A stretch of DNA of 64,000 nucleotides, taken from assembly GCA_964016885.1 (NCBI GenBank), contig OZ024746.1:89652001-89716000 (forward strand). The letters are read 5' to 3'. This DNA is from Eledone cirrhosa. Lineage: Eukaryota. Shown here in pieces: positions 1-13,391 of the stretch (its first letter is position 1; each line of letters opens with the position of its first letter). The translations under genes and the position numbers were made by a program. The notes under the pieces are model-generated. The model saw nothing but the letters and a program-made list of their open reading frames with translations. It searched no databases and was not told where the DNA came from.

Positions 1-527
1 AGATTATTAATGAGATTTCTTATTCGAAAATAAAATTCCCTACAGGTAAAACTTCATTCTGACCACTCTAACACAATACATTACTTACACACATTTTATT
101 ATTTTCTTACCTATAGATTATTTTATCTAAATTTTACTTTTCTTTGGTTCCATCTATATTCCTCTACTTGTTCTATTTTTAGAACAAATTATTTTTCTTG
201 AACAAAGAAATAACAAATATTTAGGATTGTTCTATACTGTTCTACTAGATATAACACACTGATATCTACACCCCTTTTCCTCCAACTTTAATCTTCCTTG
301 ACCGTTCGCAATTTTCTATACAATCTATCTAAATTCCTTTACACTCACAACTTTCTTTGCCTTTCTTAAGGGTCCTTCGATACCTCATCCCCTGACTGCT
401 AATTTATTCATCTACTACTACCAGCTTTTGATCTATATTGCCCCTTCCTATTTTTACTATTGGTCAATCTCAAACTTGTTCTTAAAAGGTTACTTATTCA
501 TACATGTGTTTATATTCTACAATAAAC

Positions 528-656
528 AAAACTCATTATTTCTGAAGACGGCGGGTAGGGAAGACGTATGTATATTTTCTTACTTTGATAACTTGTAATA
601 TATTTTACATAGATCAATAATAGAACCCCAGAAACGATCGTAAAATAATGAGTTTT
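528..656 (+). ncRNA. Type I hammerhead ribozyme with ~80-nt stem II domain, at the end of a probable PLE 3' UTR
   Basis: Perfect 14-bp stem I (528-541 AAAACTCATTATTT / 643-656 AAATAATGAGTTTT), CTGAAGA 542-548, GAAA 631-634, palindromic stem III ACGATCGT, GTA cleavage triplet at 640-642. The closing pair of stem II is imperfect. Confidence 0.75.
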
Positions 657-720
657 ACAAAGAATTACCCGTATCTTGTTTAATTTCATTGTTTTCACTA
701 TTTGTATTATATATATATAT

Positions 721-955
721 ATAACGAAGGAGTGGTGGTAAGGAACCATATGGACTATAACGCAACAAAGTACTCAATACTTAGGGTAGTAGATTGGGTA
801 AAGTATGACCCCGACGTTTTTTGGGGTTCTATTATTGATCTATGTAAAATATATTACAAGTTATCATACTTGTTCCTATTACACACTCTACTACCCTAAG
901 TATTGAGTACTTTGGTGCGTTATGATCCATCTGGTTCCTTACCACATTTCCTTCG

Positions 956-960
<5 letters not shown>
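721..960. mobile_element. Two inverted PLE 3' tails (family A) joined by a 52-nt spacer, embedded in (TA)n
   Basis: 721-816 is the reverse complement of the tail at ~864-960. The same tail recurs at 8775, 27615, 44361 and, diverged, 61820. (TA)n lies on both sides. Confidence 0.7.
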
Positions 961-1001
<41 letters not shown>

Positions 1002-2978
1002 TAATAGGAAATCTACCAAAATCCCATACACAAGTTATTATGATAGTGGAAGCTATGTCAGGATGCAATTGTCTAAACTGACGTAGAGGACACATTTTGT
1101 GATGTTGGTATCAATGTACTGGAGCTGAGAATTATAATCCTATCCTTACAACTAAACTACATTTGATCACAGCGTTCAGACATTCAGTGCAATATAAGAC
1201 TAAATGTCAAGTGTTGCGTAGTCTTGTTCTTTGACTGTCAAGATTTTATCCATAGCTGTCCCATAGTCTAGAGAAGTTATTCTCAGCATTCTCTTTCAGC
1301 GTCACCCTTCCAGATATTCCAAGATATTAGATGAATTGTAAAACACATGTAAACATCGATTGTTATTTATAAAAGCTCATTTCACTGCTCTAACTGTTGA
1401 TCCGAATTTGACGACTGCCTTGTTAGAATAATATGGTAGATGAGAAAGTTTGTGAAACCTTGTCCAGTGTTTGTCTACGTCTACACCACCAGATGCACAT
1501 GTTAAAAATGACTACCAAAACAATAAAACGAGAAGCAAAAATTCGTGCTTATAAGTAAAATCAGTTTTACATTTTACGACTTTCAGGTATTTTGATGTTA
1601 GAGACATAACTTGTTTCGTCAAATAAAAATATTGGTTCATTTTCATTCATTCTATGAAGTATGATAAATAATTTTTATTCATTCATATTATTACCCTCCA
1701 CGTCCATCTTCGTTTTTAGTGGCTTTTTTTATCAAGTAAATATAAAATTGACGTTAGAAAAGCCACGGAAAAATTTCAAATGACATTTTTGTATAGAAAC
1801 CTTCAATATTCTTCTTGGTTTGGATTCATTCAAATGAATTTTCTATATTTTTTTAGAGAGAAATAGAATTTTGTGTTCATCTATTTCTTACATTATATCT
1901 TCGTGCATAACAATATTAACGTTAAGTAGATTGTGAAAGCCTTAAACGAATGTAAGGAAGAAAAACTGTCTAAATACACGGAGAGAGGAAGGCGTATTTA
2001 TATATTTGAATAGAAAGGAAAAAAAAGTCAAAGCTTTCAGCAAAGAGCTTAAATCTTCATTGATTTATGTACCTGATTTTTATGATCAACAAATAAAAAA
2101 CAGGTAAATGTAACTGCACACTTTGTCTCATTCACATTTTATTCAATAACATATTTTCAGTCCTCTATTTTGGACACATCACCCAACATGTTGAGACTTA
2201 TCTAAATATCTATCAATGTTTTTTTATTATTATTCGCGTGTGGTCCAATACACTTCAATATCGCAATTGATGCGAATATTGAACAGAAATATAAGTTCGT
2301 TTCGTCGACAAATTTCCGAGGTGTTTTTAATATTTTCTTTATTGACCTCATTTATGGGGTGGGTGCCAAAAAGAGACAAGCAATATTGCGTAAAAAATCT
2401 GGGCATATTGAAGCAATATTGTCTTCAAATGTATTATGTACACAGAAACGATTTTACGTGATGAAAATCTGTAATATTTCTACTATTAATAAATTGAAGT
2501 TGCATTATCAGTTAACTTTTTAATTATGAAACTTTTGTTCATTCGGCGTTAAACCTACAAATAAAAAGGAGAAAAATAGTTTACAAAATTTATTAAAATC
2601 AATAGAAAGCTAACATAATTCATCTACATACATGAATTTTCTCTCCTTTCATTTGACCGCTATTTTAAACATCGGGCGAGGGGGAACAGAAGAGTAAGGC
2701 CAAAAGCTGCTTTAATGCAAAAATGATTTTTATTACGGAAAAATTAGCAGATTGTAAGTTGCAGGGGTTTCATGAACACACATCGAAAGAGTCAAATTTC
2801 CAAGAAAAAGTATCACCTTGAAGGGGATCCGCAAAATTATAAAGATAAAGAACAATAGAATCCAGAGTCACATCGAAGAACAATCTTCATTATCATTTTC
2901 TTCCTCCTTTTCTGAGTGGTAATCTATTTCGTTGCTTGGTTAGTTATTAGAACAAGCTGAATTCTTTTTCAAGGAAAT

Positions 2979-3160
2979 ATAATTGTTTCTACTATTGGCA
3001 CAAGGCCAGCAATTATCCCAGTGTATTACTGGCACTTTATTTTATTGACCCCGTAAGGATGAAAGGAAAAGTTAACGTCGCGGGATTTGAACTCAGATCG
3101 TAAATGGACGTAAATATGCTGGAAAGCATGGCGTCCGACCCTCCACCGATACTGCCAATC
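2979..3160 (-). mobile_element. tRNA-derived SINE (Meta-domain type)
   Basis: B-box-like GAGTTCAAATCC, central CTTTCATCCTTACGGGGTCAATAAAAT and AGAAACAATTAT end, shared with about 11 other copies in the window. Confidence 0.85.
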
Positions 3161-3459
3161 TAAATATAATGATATAAAATCTTGAGCTTGAGAAATATAA
3201 ACATCCAACGAGATAATCACGAAATTATTCATCCACAGATTCTAAACCTGGAGACTGGTGGAGATTCCGACCGCCTCTTCAGTTATATTAATGTCTCTCT
3301 TATTGATAAATATTGTTAGCAGTATTGTCAATCAAGCCAGTAGTGATGAAAAACAACAACAAAAATTAACCCTTAATATAGTCTTCCTCAATATAACATC
3401 TATTATTGTCTTAACAAGTGTGGGCGTTCATTGATGTTCTCTTTATTTTACTCACTGCT

Positions 3460-3536
<77 letters not shown>

Positions 3537-3544
3537 AGTCCTCG

Positions 3545-3785
3545 TCATTCACTAGTATAAGCAAACCATGGGCTGGCCACTCGGTGGACTCCACAGACAG
3601 TATAGAGGAGTCGTTTCCCCGGAGGATGGTAAGGGAAACGCGTTCGAAGAGCCGTTCCAGGACGTAGGCTTACGCCAGCGAGTAGCCATGTTTGTGCCGA
3701 CAGTTGTGAGTAGGAACGTCGTCCTAGGGCCAAGGGCACCAGAGCTCTCTACTGCTAGGGGTTCCACCCCATATTGCATTATTTA
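3545..3785 (-). mobile_element. 3' fragment of a CRE-clade non-LTR retrotransposon (RLE C-terminus)
   Basis: Translations PLAVESSGALG and (frameshifted) WLFERVSLTILRGN match the C-terminus of the element at 19581 (LAVYTSGVL...WLFQRVSLALLRGN). It ends near a (GA)n tract. Confidence 0.75.
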
Positions 3786-5627
3786 TTTAGATTTAATAAG
3801 AAATATTTTAATTCCAATTAGTTACAAGTTTACTTCTTGTCATCAAGATATGCTATATCAGTTCTTTTGTTTTCATGATCAATGCTGAACATTTCCTCAA
3901 CTGGATTGTAAAGATATTGAATAGAATCGAAATTGCCATTAAAAGGCTGCAGACAAGTTCGTTTATAAAACCACCGAACTTATTAGCAATACCTGGCATT
4001 CAGCATTAATCAGAACCAATTATTATTATTATTATGACTCATAAAGTCATAATAGTAATAATAATTGTATGACTCATAAAGAAATATTGTTTCCAGTGTA
4101 GCTTTGAATAACCTCAGTTTAGTGGAACGATTGATTGGTGCTGGATTTTCCAGGTATTCATTTTGTCATTATCTTGGGTGAATTTCATTTCAGACGTTTT
4201 CCTACAAATTTCACGCACAAATGCCTATGCTTGCACGTACCCACGCACGGTCTGAGTTTCAAATAACTTTAAAGTGTTATTAATTCGCTCGTTTTCACAT
4301 CTGTTGAATGTTTGGCGATTGCTTTTTTGAGCTGTATTTAGTTTCTTGACATTTAACCGAAGAGTTGCACTACGAAAGTATGAGCTGCCATCGAACTCAG
4401 GTGTGTAAAATAATACTCACATTAATTTTAATTTTCATGGTAAAGATGCTGCTGTATACGAGCATTGACAGAGTTGGTCTATATTTATGTTTTGATTATG
4501 ACTTGAAAAATGTAAAGCAATCTATATTGCGTTTTATCACAGCCAAATCTGACTGTTCAGATTTAAAAACAACTTGTATCATTGAGATCAGAAATGTTTG
4601 TAATTCTTTGAATTGTTTTGTGCAATTCATCTTCTACACACAATGTCTCAATAAGTTTCACTTGTTTCACTAGCCCTGTCAGTCATGTCACTCTCTTTTA
4701 TTGTCTGCTTGTCTCCCTATAAACCTTGTTCCATAATTGTAATAATTCTTTAATAGCTTAACGTTACTTCTCTTTATATCACTGCCTACCTCTCCGTCTC
4801 TGTGCCGCTGTCTCTTTCTTTCTCTGTTTCAACTATAGATATTCCCTGTTATATCAATCTTTTGTTCACCTTTACTTTTCATAAAACTCCTTTCCATGTT
4901 TTTTTCTTGTACGGTTCTCATTTACCTTTCTCTTTCTATACTATTATTACACTGTTATTCAGAACCTAAATTTTATTCAGTGTTCAAATGTCACTCGTTG
5001 ACATTTTTTTCTTATTTACTTTCTTTCGAGTGTATACGAATATTCCTCCTCATACATAAAATCATCTCTCTTCCACTTACATACACACACACACATACAC
5101 TCCCACCCAAACACACACACATACGCACAGGTCTTATCTTCTTCCACCTCATTATTGACTTTTGATTGCTTTCCTATCTTTGACCTTTTCATAACTCAGT
5201 ACACTTCTGGTCAATGGCCAGTGATCGAATTTAGATATTTTTATCTCTTCCCCGGCGTTGTCTGGTGAAGAAGAACGAACGTTAAAGAAAAAAGTAAAAG
5301 AATAGCAACAAATAGCAAAATAAAAGTACACATTAAAATGCTTTTTAATATATTTTTTTACAATTTATCGTAATGTTCTGAAGTATTTTTTGAGAAAAGA
5401 TAATGAGTTCGTAGCTGTTTGATAGGCAGTGAAGCTTAAAATAGACACTTGTTATCACGGATGCATATCATATTTGCTAAGTTTTGACAGATAAGTAATT
5501 GAATAGAGTCGATGCTCTCGATAGGTTATAGATCGTGGTAGTCTACATTTTGAATGTTCTGTTACATATCTGTATGTACATTATTATATCTGCTTCTAGG
5601 TGAAATTAGAAATACATAATACATAAA

Positions 5628-5680
<53 letters not shown>

Positions 5681-6449
5681 GTAATAAGTATGGACGAGGT
5701 GTTACATTATCATTAGGTTTATTCAGGTGTGACTCACATTTCGCGATTGATCACCTGAGTGTTCGATCTGTATCAATAGGCCCCGCCATATTAGTACTAA
5801 TTCACTCATTTGGAATACGGTGGTGATTTAAAATGTCGCAAATAGAATTAGGAAGCTTTACGAGAAATTGATTATGAAAAATAATGTAATATTAGGACAT
5901 ATGAACTCTAATGACTGAGCAATTGGCATATACATCCGTGGAAATGACTCCGGATTGCAATATATTCCTTTTACCACCCATCCGTTCTTTGTCCCCACAC
6001 TCTGCTTCGTTATCGTGTTTGATCATTTCTCTAATTATACTCCATCATTCTGTTATCAACACATACGCGTCAATCTCTGCCCATTGTCAACATTGTCAAA
6101 GCTTCACTCCACCCCCAAATATAACACTGGATGTACACCACCACCATTCATTCATTCATTTTCGAAATACATTTTCTTCACATCTTTTCTACCCTAATTC
6201 CACCACTTCACATAAATGTGAAATACTGATAATCTTTCTTTAAAGATGGTACAAAGCTGTAGAAATATACGAAGGGAAAATGAAACAAAACGAAACAAAG
6301 TATTATTTTCCCCAGTGTATTATAACATAGTATGACAGGACTATTACCCAGATGCGAATATGAAACAGTCCATGACAAAACAAACGTTCGATCAGTTTAC
6401 AGACTCTCAGTGCTTCAGAAGCCAAACACTCGGTTTTGTACATTGTGTT

Positions 6450-6500
<51 letters not shown>

Positions 6501-8433
6501 AATTAGTATATCTAGCAAAATATTTATACAGGTGTATACTTACGCTAGCAGAGATATAGGTTTTGTCTTAGTAACTTTGTGGTTCAATACAAAGAAATGT
6601 AGAACAATTATATAAAAGACGTAAAATAAGAAAATTATAATAATTAACTCACTTACTTAAATTTCATACCAACTAATTAGTTTCTGAAAGGGGATATACA
6701 TAGTCTCCAAATGGAGACCATGGAGAATCCATTCTTTATCAGGGAGTCATTCTCGGCTAAGATTCCTGGCGATTCGCGGACACAGGGATCTTCTTTTATA
6801 TAATCTTTTATATAATTGTTCTACATCTCTTTGATGCATAGTCATAGTTATCAAATTAGAAAACAAATGAAATTCAGGGGCCGACACTACCGACTTTCTT
6901 TAAAAAAAAAACAATTTAACGCGGGTAACTACAAGATAACCTTGTTTTGTAATACTGGCAGAAATTGAAGAAAATTTTCCCCATTGAGATTCTTAGCGGG
7001 TAAAAATTATTTATGGATGGTTGATACTCAGCTGCCAGTTGCCACGAAGACAGAAAGAAAGGAATTAGTATATAAAGTCCTTGACGATTGCTTGTGATTT
7101 CGAAATATTTAAAATTCTCTATATAATTTCCTTTTTATCACGTCCGAAGCAGTAACACTTCGAATATTTCAATAAATATTAACGAGTTACTCCCGTTTTT
7201 GTTCTTTCTTTTTTTAATGTGGTAGAGGGTATAAGATTTGCCTGCTATTTCTAGCAACTTCAATGACCACATAATTGGTTTGTAATTTTGTTTTAAAGTG
7301 TAAGGGTTTACACATTTATGAATTTCTAAGAGATACGTTTACGATGAGATACACCTTGAGTGCTTGAACAAGTAAATTTCCCCTTCTTTCGGTAAATGAA
7401 ACTACTCGGAGCGGATGGTTCGCCCCAGGGGCCCGGCGCGCAGCTGGTTTTTTGACCGCCATATAGTACCTTTAAATTATAGACCTAATCATAACAATTA
7501 GATGCATCACGCCTCCCTCTACTTAAGCAAATCCCCCTCCTGGGTAAATTAATAGTACTGGTTTGGTACAAGGATGGCCTAACGATGAGGGTTGACTTCC
7601 CACTGGCGCACCTGAAGCCTGTTATACATTCCTAGAGTGCTTGGAACAATTGATTTACATATCTTTCGCTAGGCGATCTCACTCGGAATGGCTGACACGC
7701 GGTTAGGATGGGCTCGCCGGAGCCTGCAGTCGCCTTCATGCTGTTTGACTGCTAAACAAAGACATCATCTTTACTCTATAATACTATTTAAGTTTCTTTA
7801 TAAAAGACTCTTTCTTTTCTTAAACCTCGCAACCAAAACCTTAACAATTTTAAACGGTTTAATTTTCAATTTTCTAATTTTTTTAATTTTATAATGTTAA
7901 TATTAAATATTAAATTTTTGTAACTTCATCCTATAGATCTAAACAAAAGTTTAACGTTCCAATCTTCTGCCCACACATTATAACATGCAGACCCCCACTA
8001 TATTTACCTCTGTTATAATATATACCTCTGTTAAGATACGGATCCTTTAGAATACATTTTTTTCGCGCCATTCCTGGCCTGAATGTAGCTTAACATAAGT
8101 ACGGACTTTTCTTCCTCTTTCTTTCTGTCTTTCTTCTTGTAGCTCGACATTAACGTTGACTTTTCTTCTTCTTCCTTTTATTCCCCCTCCTTTCTGTCTT
8201 TTTTCTTGTAGCATGATATTAACGCTGACTTATCTTCCTCTCCCTTTCTGTTTTTCTTCTATTTGACCGGCTGGGTAGTAGCACACTATAAACTTTAGCC
8301 CCCTTACCAGATAGCCTGAAGTAGACCGAATAGCCAGCACTTGAGGGCGACCGGCGAAAGTGGAAGATGCTAAATGGTCGGTCGTCCTCCGGTCTTTGAT
8401 TTTCAGCCCCATGGATTTTATCTATTACATTCA

Positions 8434-8510
8434 TTTATTATATTTCGAATACCTGATGATATCACCGGTCATACGGAACCCGGTCATTGAAATGATCATA
8501 GTATAATAAA
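8434..8510 (+). ncRNA. Type I hammerhead ribozyme (PLE-type, palindromic minimal stem III)
   Basis: CTGATGA 8453-8459, stem II ACCGG/CCGGT, GAAA 8489-8492, ATGATCAT palindrome, ATA cleavage triplet at 8498-8500, bulged stem I TAC/GTA plus TTTATTA/TAATAAA. Confidence 0.7.
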
Positions 8511-8700
8511 CCTTTCAAGGATTTACACATGTTCAGCCTCCTGTCATTTTATTATAATATGTAACTCCGTACTAGCACCACCAACTACAAAAACGAAGAC
8601 GGTTGAACTGCTTTACTTTGAGTACTCTCCATATTATTACATTAAGATTGACCATACGGAATAGACCAGCTCTATGCAGTGGTGAACCTTCAAACCTGAA

Positions 8701-8774
<74 letters not shown>

Positions 8775-8777
<3 letters not shown>

Positions 8778-9862
8778 CGAAGTAGTTGTGGTAAGGAACC
8801 AGATGGACCATAACGCACCAGAGTACTCAATACTGCAAGATAATAATATAACTTACAATCTCACCTGGAGCTTACTGTCCAGAGCTAACTCTTACACGGG
8901 AGGAGGAAACATTACAAATGCTGTTTACGAAGGATCAGCTCCTAAACAAAAAAGACGAACTGGTAACTGCATGAAAACACAGATTGCGTAAGACTTACCT
9001 CGCCCTCAACCCCCCTAACGATCCGGATGGGTAGACAAGGGCTGAAACACCCCACTTGCCGAATAAGATAGGGGAAACCCCAGCTTACATAGGTAGATGT
9101 ACCTCTTTTCTTTTCCTCTATGTTTTCTTCTTCTCTTTGTCTCCTCCTATCACCTCCTTCCACCACCGATCTTCTTCATTCTTTTTTTCCTCTTTTGCCC
9201 ACCCCGAGGCAGCCCATCGGGCCTCTGTAGCCTCATTACCCCCACCCCGGTAACTTAAAGATAGCATTGGCCGAATACGCTATACTAATTAATAATAGCA
9301 GCATCTTCTATTCTCAACTCAGTCTATAGCATTGGCCGAAAAAGCAACACCAACTAAATATAGCAGCTCTTTTAGAATCTATAGTTTTTGTTTTTTATCA
9401 CTTCTCACTATCAATTTTATATTTTTATATATCTTTCTCTGATTTTTTTAATTATTTTTTTATTGTCCTCAAATCTCAATTGATTTACCCATTCTATCAC
9501 GTCCCTCCTCTATTTTCTCCAGAAACCTTTTTTCGCCTTCCTCCTCTGGCCTCTTTTATACACAATACCTAGAATTTGCCGTATAGATTTCACTTTCAAA
9601 GCTTGTCCGGCTACACCCACTCCCTCATTGTTCTACAGGCAAGTTCATCCACCACCACCTCCTACCCACTGTCATGATATACTTATTTGTGTTTATAACG
9701 AATTTTGACCAATCATCTTGACAACTACAATCTTCCCATATAAGGAAGAACCCATTGAAAAGTTCGGCTATTTACTTACCAGACTAAAAATTCTAATTTA
9801 GTCCAGAAATAGCCGTCGAAACGGCTTGAGCTCTGCCGTCGGGGTCATACTTTTTCCTATAT
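8775..9862 (+). mobile_element. 5'-truncated Penelope-like element (Naiad-like, family A): inverted tail, GIY-YIG C-terminus, 3' UTR, HHR
   Basis: 8775-8834 is the inverted family A tail. From 8835 it encodes DNNITYNLTWSLLSRA, identical to the peptide at the end of the 25227-25424 ORF. The 3' UTR is homologous to ~25560-26145. (TA)n flanks. Confidence 0.8.
9738..9860 (+). ncRNA. Type I hammerhead ribozyme with extended stem II and variant core
   Basis: Stem I ACCC/GGGT with distal GGAA/TTCC, core TTGAAAA 9755-9761, stem II G-C plus CGGCTATTT/AAATAGCCG, GAAA 9818-9821, stem III CGGC/GCCG, GTC cleavage triplet at 9838-9840. Confidence 0.65.
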
Positions 9863-11756
9863 ATATATACATATATATATAATCCAAGATGACCGAATAA
9901 GAAAAAACAGGCGGTTATATAATAATGAAAAGTAGCTGTAAAAATAAAAAGCAGAACATAGCATTAGGTTAATATATTTATTGCCAGACAATTTAACATT
10001 CTTCAGATATACAGAACCTCGAATGGTGTTCATAATTCTCCATAACCTGTATGTTTATAACGTATCAAGTCGAAAATATTGCAAGTAATATAATGTGGTT
10101 TTATATCATATTAAACTAACATGCGCTATAAGACTTCAATACCTAAACTAAATACTTCATTTTACACGTTTTAATGTCAGTTTCTGTTTACAATCATCAT
10201 TTTTTGTGAGAGAATCGACGGAACTAAGCTTAATCACACAAACTGTTTGAACATAAATTCAGACAAATTACGCAAAACAGATGGATACTTTCATGCAAGA
10301 AGCATTACCAAAATGTTATTCAACTCCAAACCTACATTATCTAAGATAATACAACACACTCACTAATGTATTGATTGATATGAAAAAATAGACAAAAAGC
10401 AACTGGTTAGAAGATATTCGATCCTTTTTTTTTCAATCTTAACTGATCTGGGGTTGAACAGGAATAACAATAAACATGTATAGGAAACTAAACTCTAAGA
10501 ATACACTTTGGCTATGTTTGCATGATACGAAAGTAAACCTTTTGGCAGTACTTAGATACGGGTGTCGCCATATGCAATTGTAGGTTATGAAAACGAAGGT
10601 GAAAAAAAGATATGAATAAATACAAATAGCATCATATAAAACTAATCGAAGATATTTCCATAGGAGACAATTACATCGACATGACAGATTTTATATTTAC
10701 TATTTTAACCCGTTCCCCATATGTCACAGTCGGAAGAAGCTTCTGTTAATCATACTAAATGTCACTCTTAGGTCAATTGACCTGATATTTTCTTTCACTA
10801 AAACCATTGGAAATGTGTCAGATAACTGTCAGGATTCGAGCATGCTCATTTTGGTAAATTATTTTCATATTAGCTTTTTAGAATTACATTTTTATGTACA
10901 CGTAAAATGAATATACGTTTATTTCGCACATCGCTACACAATGTTTGTGATGATTATTCTTTGTTAAACATATTAAATTACATTTTTTTAATGCTTTGCC
11001 TCGAGCACATAACGCTAATACATCATGTAACTTCTCCCTCACTATATTGATTTTTATTCGTATTGATTTCGTATTTGAAGAGTTTTAAAATGCCTTGAGA
11101 AATTACATGTGTTCGTGTGTTTTTAAATATTTTTTGAATTCGACCTCAATACAAATCTCACGTTAAAGTTACACTTCTGAAGCAAAATAAATTTCCTACA
11201 TTCTTGATCGAAAAGAAGTTTCTTTAAACTAACAAAGCTACTGAGTATGACTTTACACCATTGAGTTATTTTATTTTGATGATAACAAACTATGTCATCT
11301 GTGATGGTTCTCGTGATGCACAGGTAATATGTATGTAGGAAATTGTAACATTAATATTGAAACTGTGATGGAATTTAAAATGTTGATTTAATATTGCGAA
11401 GCTTGTTAATCTGTAATACCATAGCGTGTATTATAAGGCTGTACATGGAAAAGTTAGTAAAACTCAGATCAAATGCTTTGAAATGTTTTATTTTACACAT
11501 TTACATTATGTTTGGTAGGACATGCTTTGCGAACATAATTATGGAAAATATTAAAGCAAATACCTGTTAAACAATGCAAATGTTTCATTTTCGCTAGAAA
11601 TAGATTGTATTCCATTCAAGCTATTTAGAAAGATTAGTATATTTATTAGAGTAGTAGATAGATAAAAAGCAAATTGCCCTACATTTCGTTGTCCCCACCG
11701 TCGTCGTCATTGTCGTCGCCGCCGACGCATCCACCGTGGTCGTCGTCGTATTCGTC

Positions 11757-12120
11757 GTCTTCTTCTTCTTCTTCTTCTTCTTCTTCTTCTTCTTCTTCCA
11801 ATTATTCCTGAGAGAGTCTAACCGGTCCTATCAGAAGCAACACACTCCAAATGGACCGGCTCAAACCCTATACAAGACTAAACGAGATCATACATCTTAT
11901 ACAATCATCTCCCTCATCGTCTACATCCTAGTCTCCTGCCGGTTGATGTTCCTCGTAAAAAATTGTACGACGTGTCTGTCCTTAGATATTCTAAACAATT
12001 GTCCACATAATCGGATCTGTGATCTATCGATTCGGACAAATAACCACATTATGTGGAGCTTCTCTCTGGTCTACAGGCTAATTATTGTATGAAATAAGAT
12101 TACTCTAACCACCCATCAGA
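11757..12120 (-). mobile_element. Degenerate RTE-type LINE 3' end with (GAA)n tail
   Basis: Homologous to the clearer copy at 23597-24090 (shared TCAGAAGCAAC, CTCAAACCCT and CTCCTGCCGG blocks). A (TTC)n tract lies at the 3' end on the minus strand. Confidence 0.6.
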
Positions 12121-13343
12121 GGAACCGATTTCTGTCTCATTTACCTGGGATAATACCCAAATCTTAGGACCACACGAAAGAGTAGACACGGACATTGAAG
12201 AAAGCGAGTTTGGCATTTACACCTATCTCATTTCATCAATACTCTAGTCAGGGTCAAGGACAAATTTAAAGAACAATTTAACGAAAAACCGTTCGTTAAA
12301 TGTGCCCTTTCTTCTGACGTGAGAGGCCGGTTCCATAAGGTCGTGCATACTTGTTCAGTCTATTAATTTTAATATCCAAATAAGATCTTTCGTACTCTAT
12401 TGGGCATTGTTTTTCTTGGCCCGTTGTCACCGGATATTCTGCAAATCTCTATATATAAAGTTGTAGTTCCTATATGGTTGTTTGTTTGTTCAAGAAATCC
12501 TCCTATGGTTTTGGCGATAGACCCCCATATCCATAAATATTCTGAAATTACATTGCCAGGGTAATTGGATAAGTATATATCATTTTAATCAAAGGATTAT
12601 CCGGGGGCACAAACCCCCGCTGAAAATCTTTTCCCTTTGAATTATATGAAATTGTATCTGCGCGCGTATGTATGTATATAAGTGTATGTTTGAGTAGGAT
12701 ATGCTTTTCCTAAGTGATACAGAGCGCGACGTAAACAACCGTTTGAAGGCTTGTGCCGATATGTATCAACAAGTGGGTGTGACTGGGTGCCGTGGAAGAG
12801 AGGGACAGAGGGTATGTGACTATATATACGTCGATGTATGTATGTGGGTGTGTGTGTGTCTGCGCATGTAGGCGTACGCGTGTGTATGCGTAGATAGGTA
12901 TGTGTCTGTAAGTGTGTGTGTATTTTTATGTGTGTATTCTAGTACGTGTGGGTGCTTAATCTGAAGTGTGAGCAGACGTGTGAAGTACTGAACCCAGCAT
13001 GACTCCATTGAAATGTGTCGGGCGGAAAATGGTTGATGAACTGTGTGGCAGCAGATATTGACAAGAACTTGTGATGACGTAGAGTAAAAACAGCCAATGG
13101 CATGACAATAGTGGAATGAGGGTTTTTTGAGGCTGTTGTTTTGATGATAACACCCCAGCGATAACATTTGCTCCGGACGTAACACCCGTGTCTGAAAGAA
13201 CCCGCAGAAGTAGAATCAGACAGATGCATACAAGGACCATGACTCGAGCTACATGCCGGCGAAACATTTGTAACACGAAATAAACTAAGTCCAGATGCAT
13301 CACTGATTTTTCGTTTCCTTTATAATATATATATAACCATACA

Positions 13344-13391
13344 CATACCGAGTTGAAGATCCGCGAAAGTGAAACAATTGTTCTCGGTATG
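13344..13391 (+). ncRNA. Minimal type I hammerhead-like motif in an ~85-bp insert within (TA)n
   Basis: Perfect 9-bp stem I CATACCGAG/CTCGGTATG, TTGAAGA 13353-13359, GAAA 13371-13374, palindromic stem III ACAATTGT. Stem II is weak. Confidence 0.65.

Noticed and set aside
1180-1330. Minus-strand peptide GISGRVTLKEN...LWD, faintly like receptor ligand-binding domains
   Set aside because: Short, bounded by stops and without splice support, so probably chance.
7400-7745. GC-rich segment considered as an HDV-like ribozyme or LINE 5' UTR
   Set aside because: I could not build the nested double pseudoknot by eye, so it is left as an unclassified segment.
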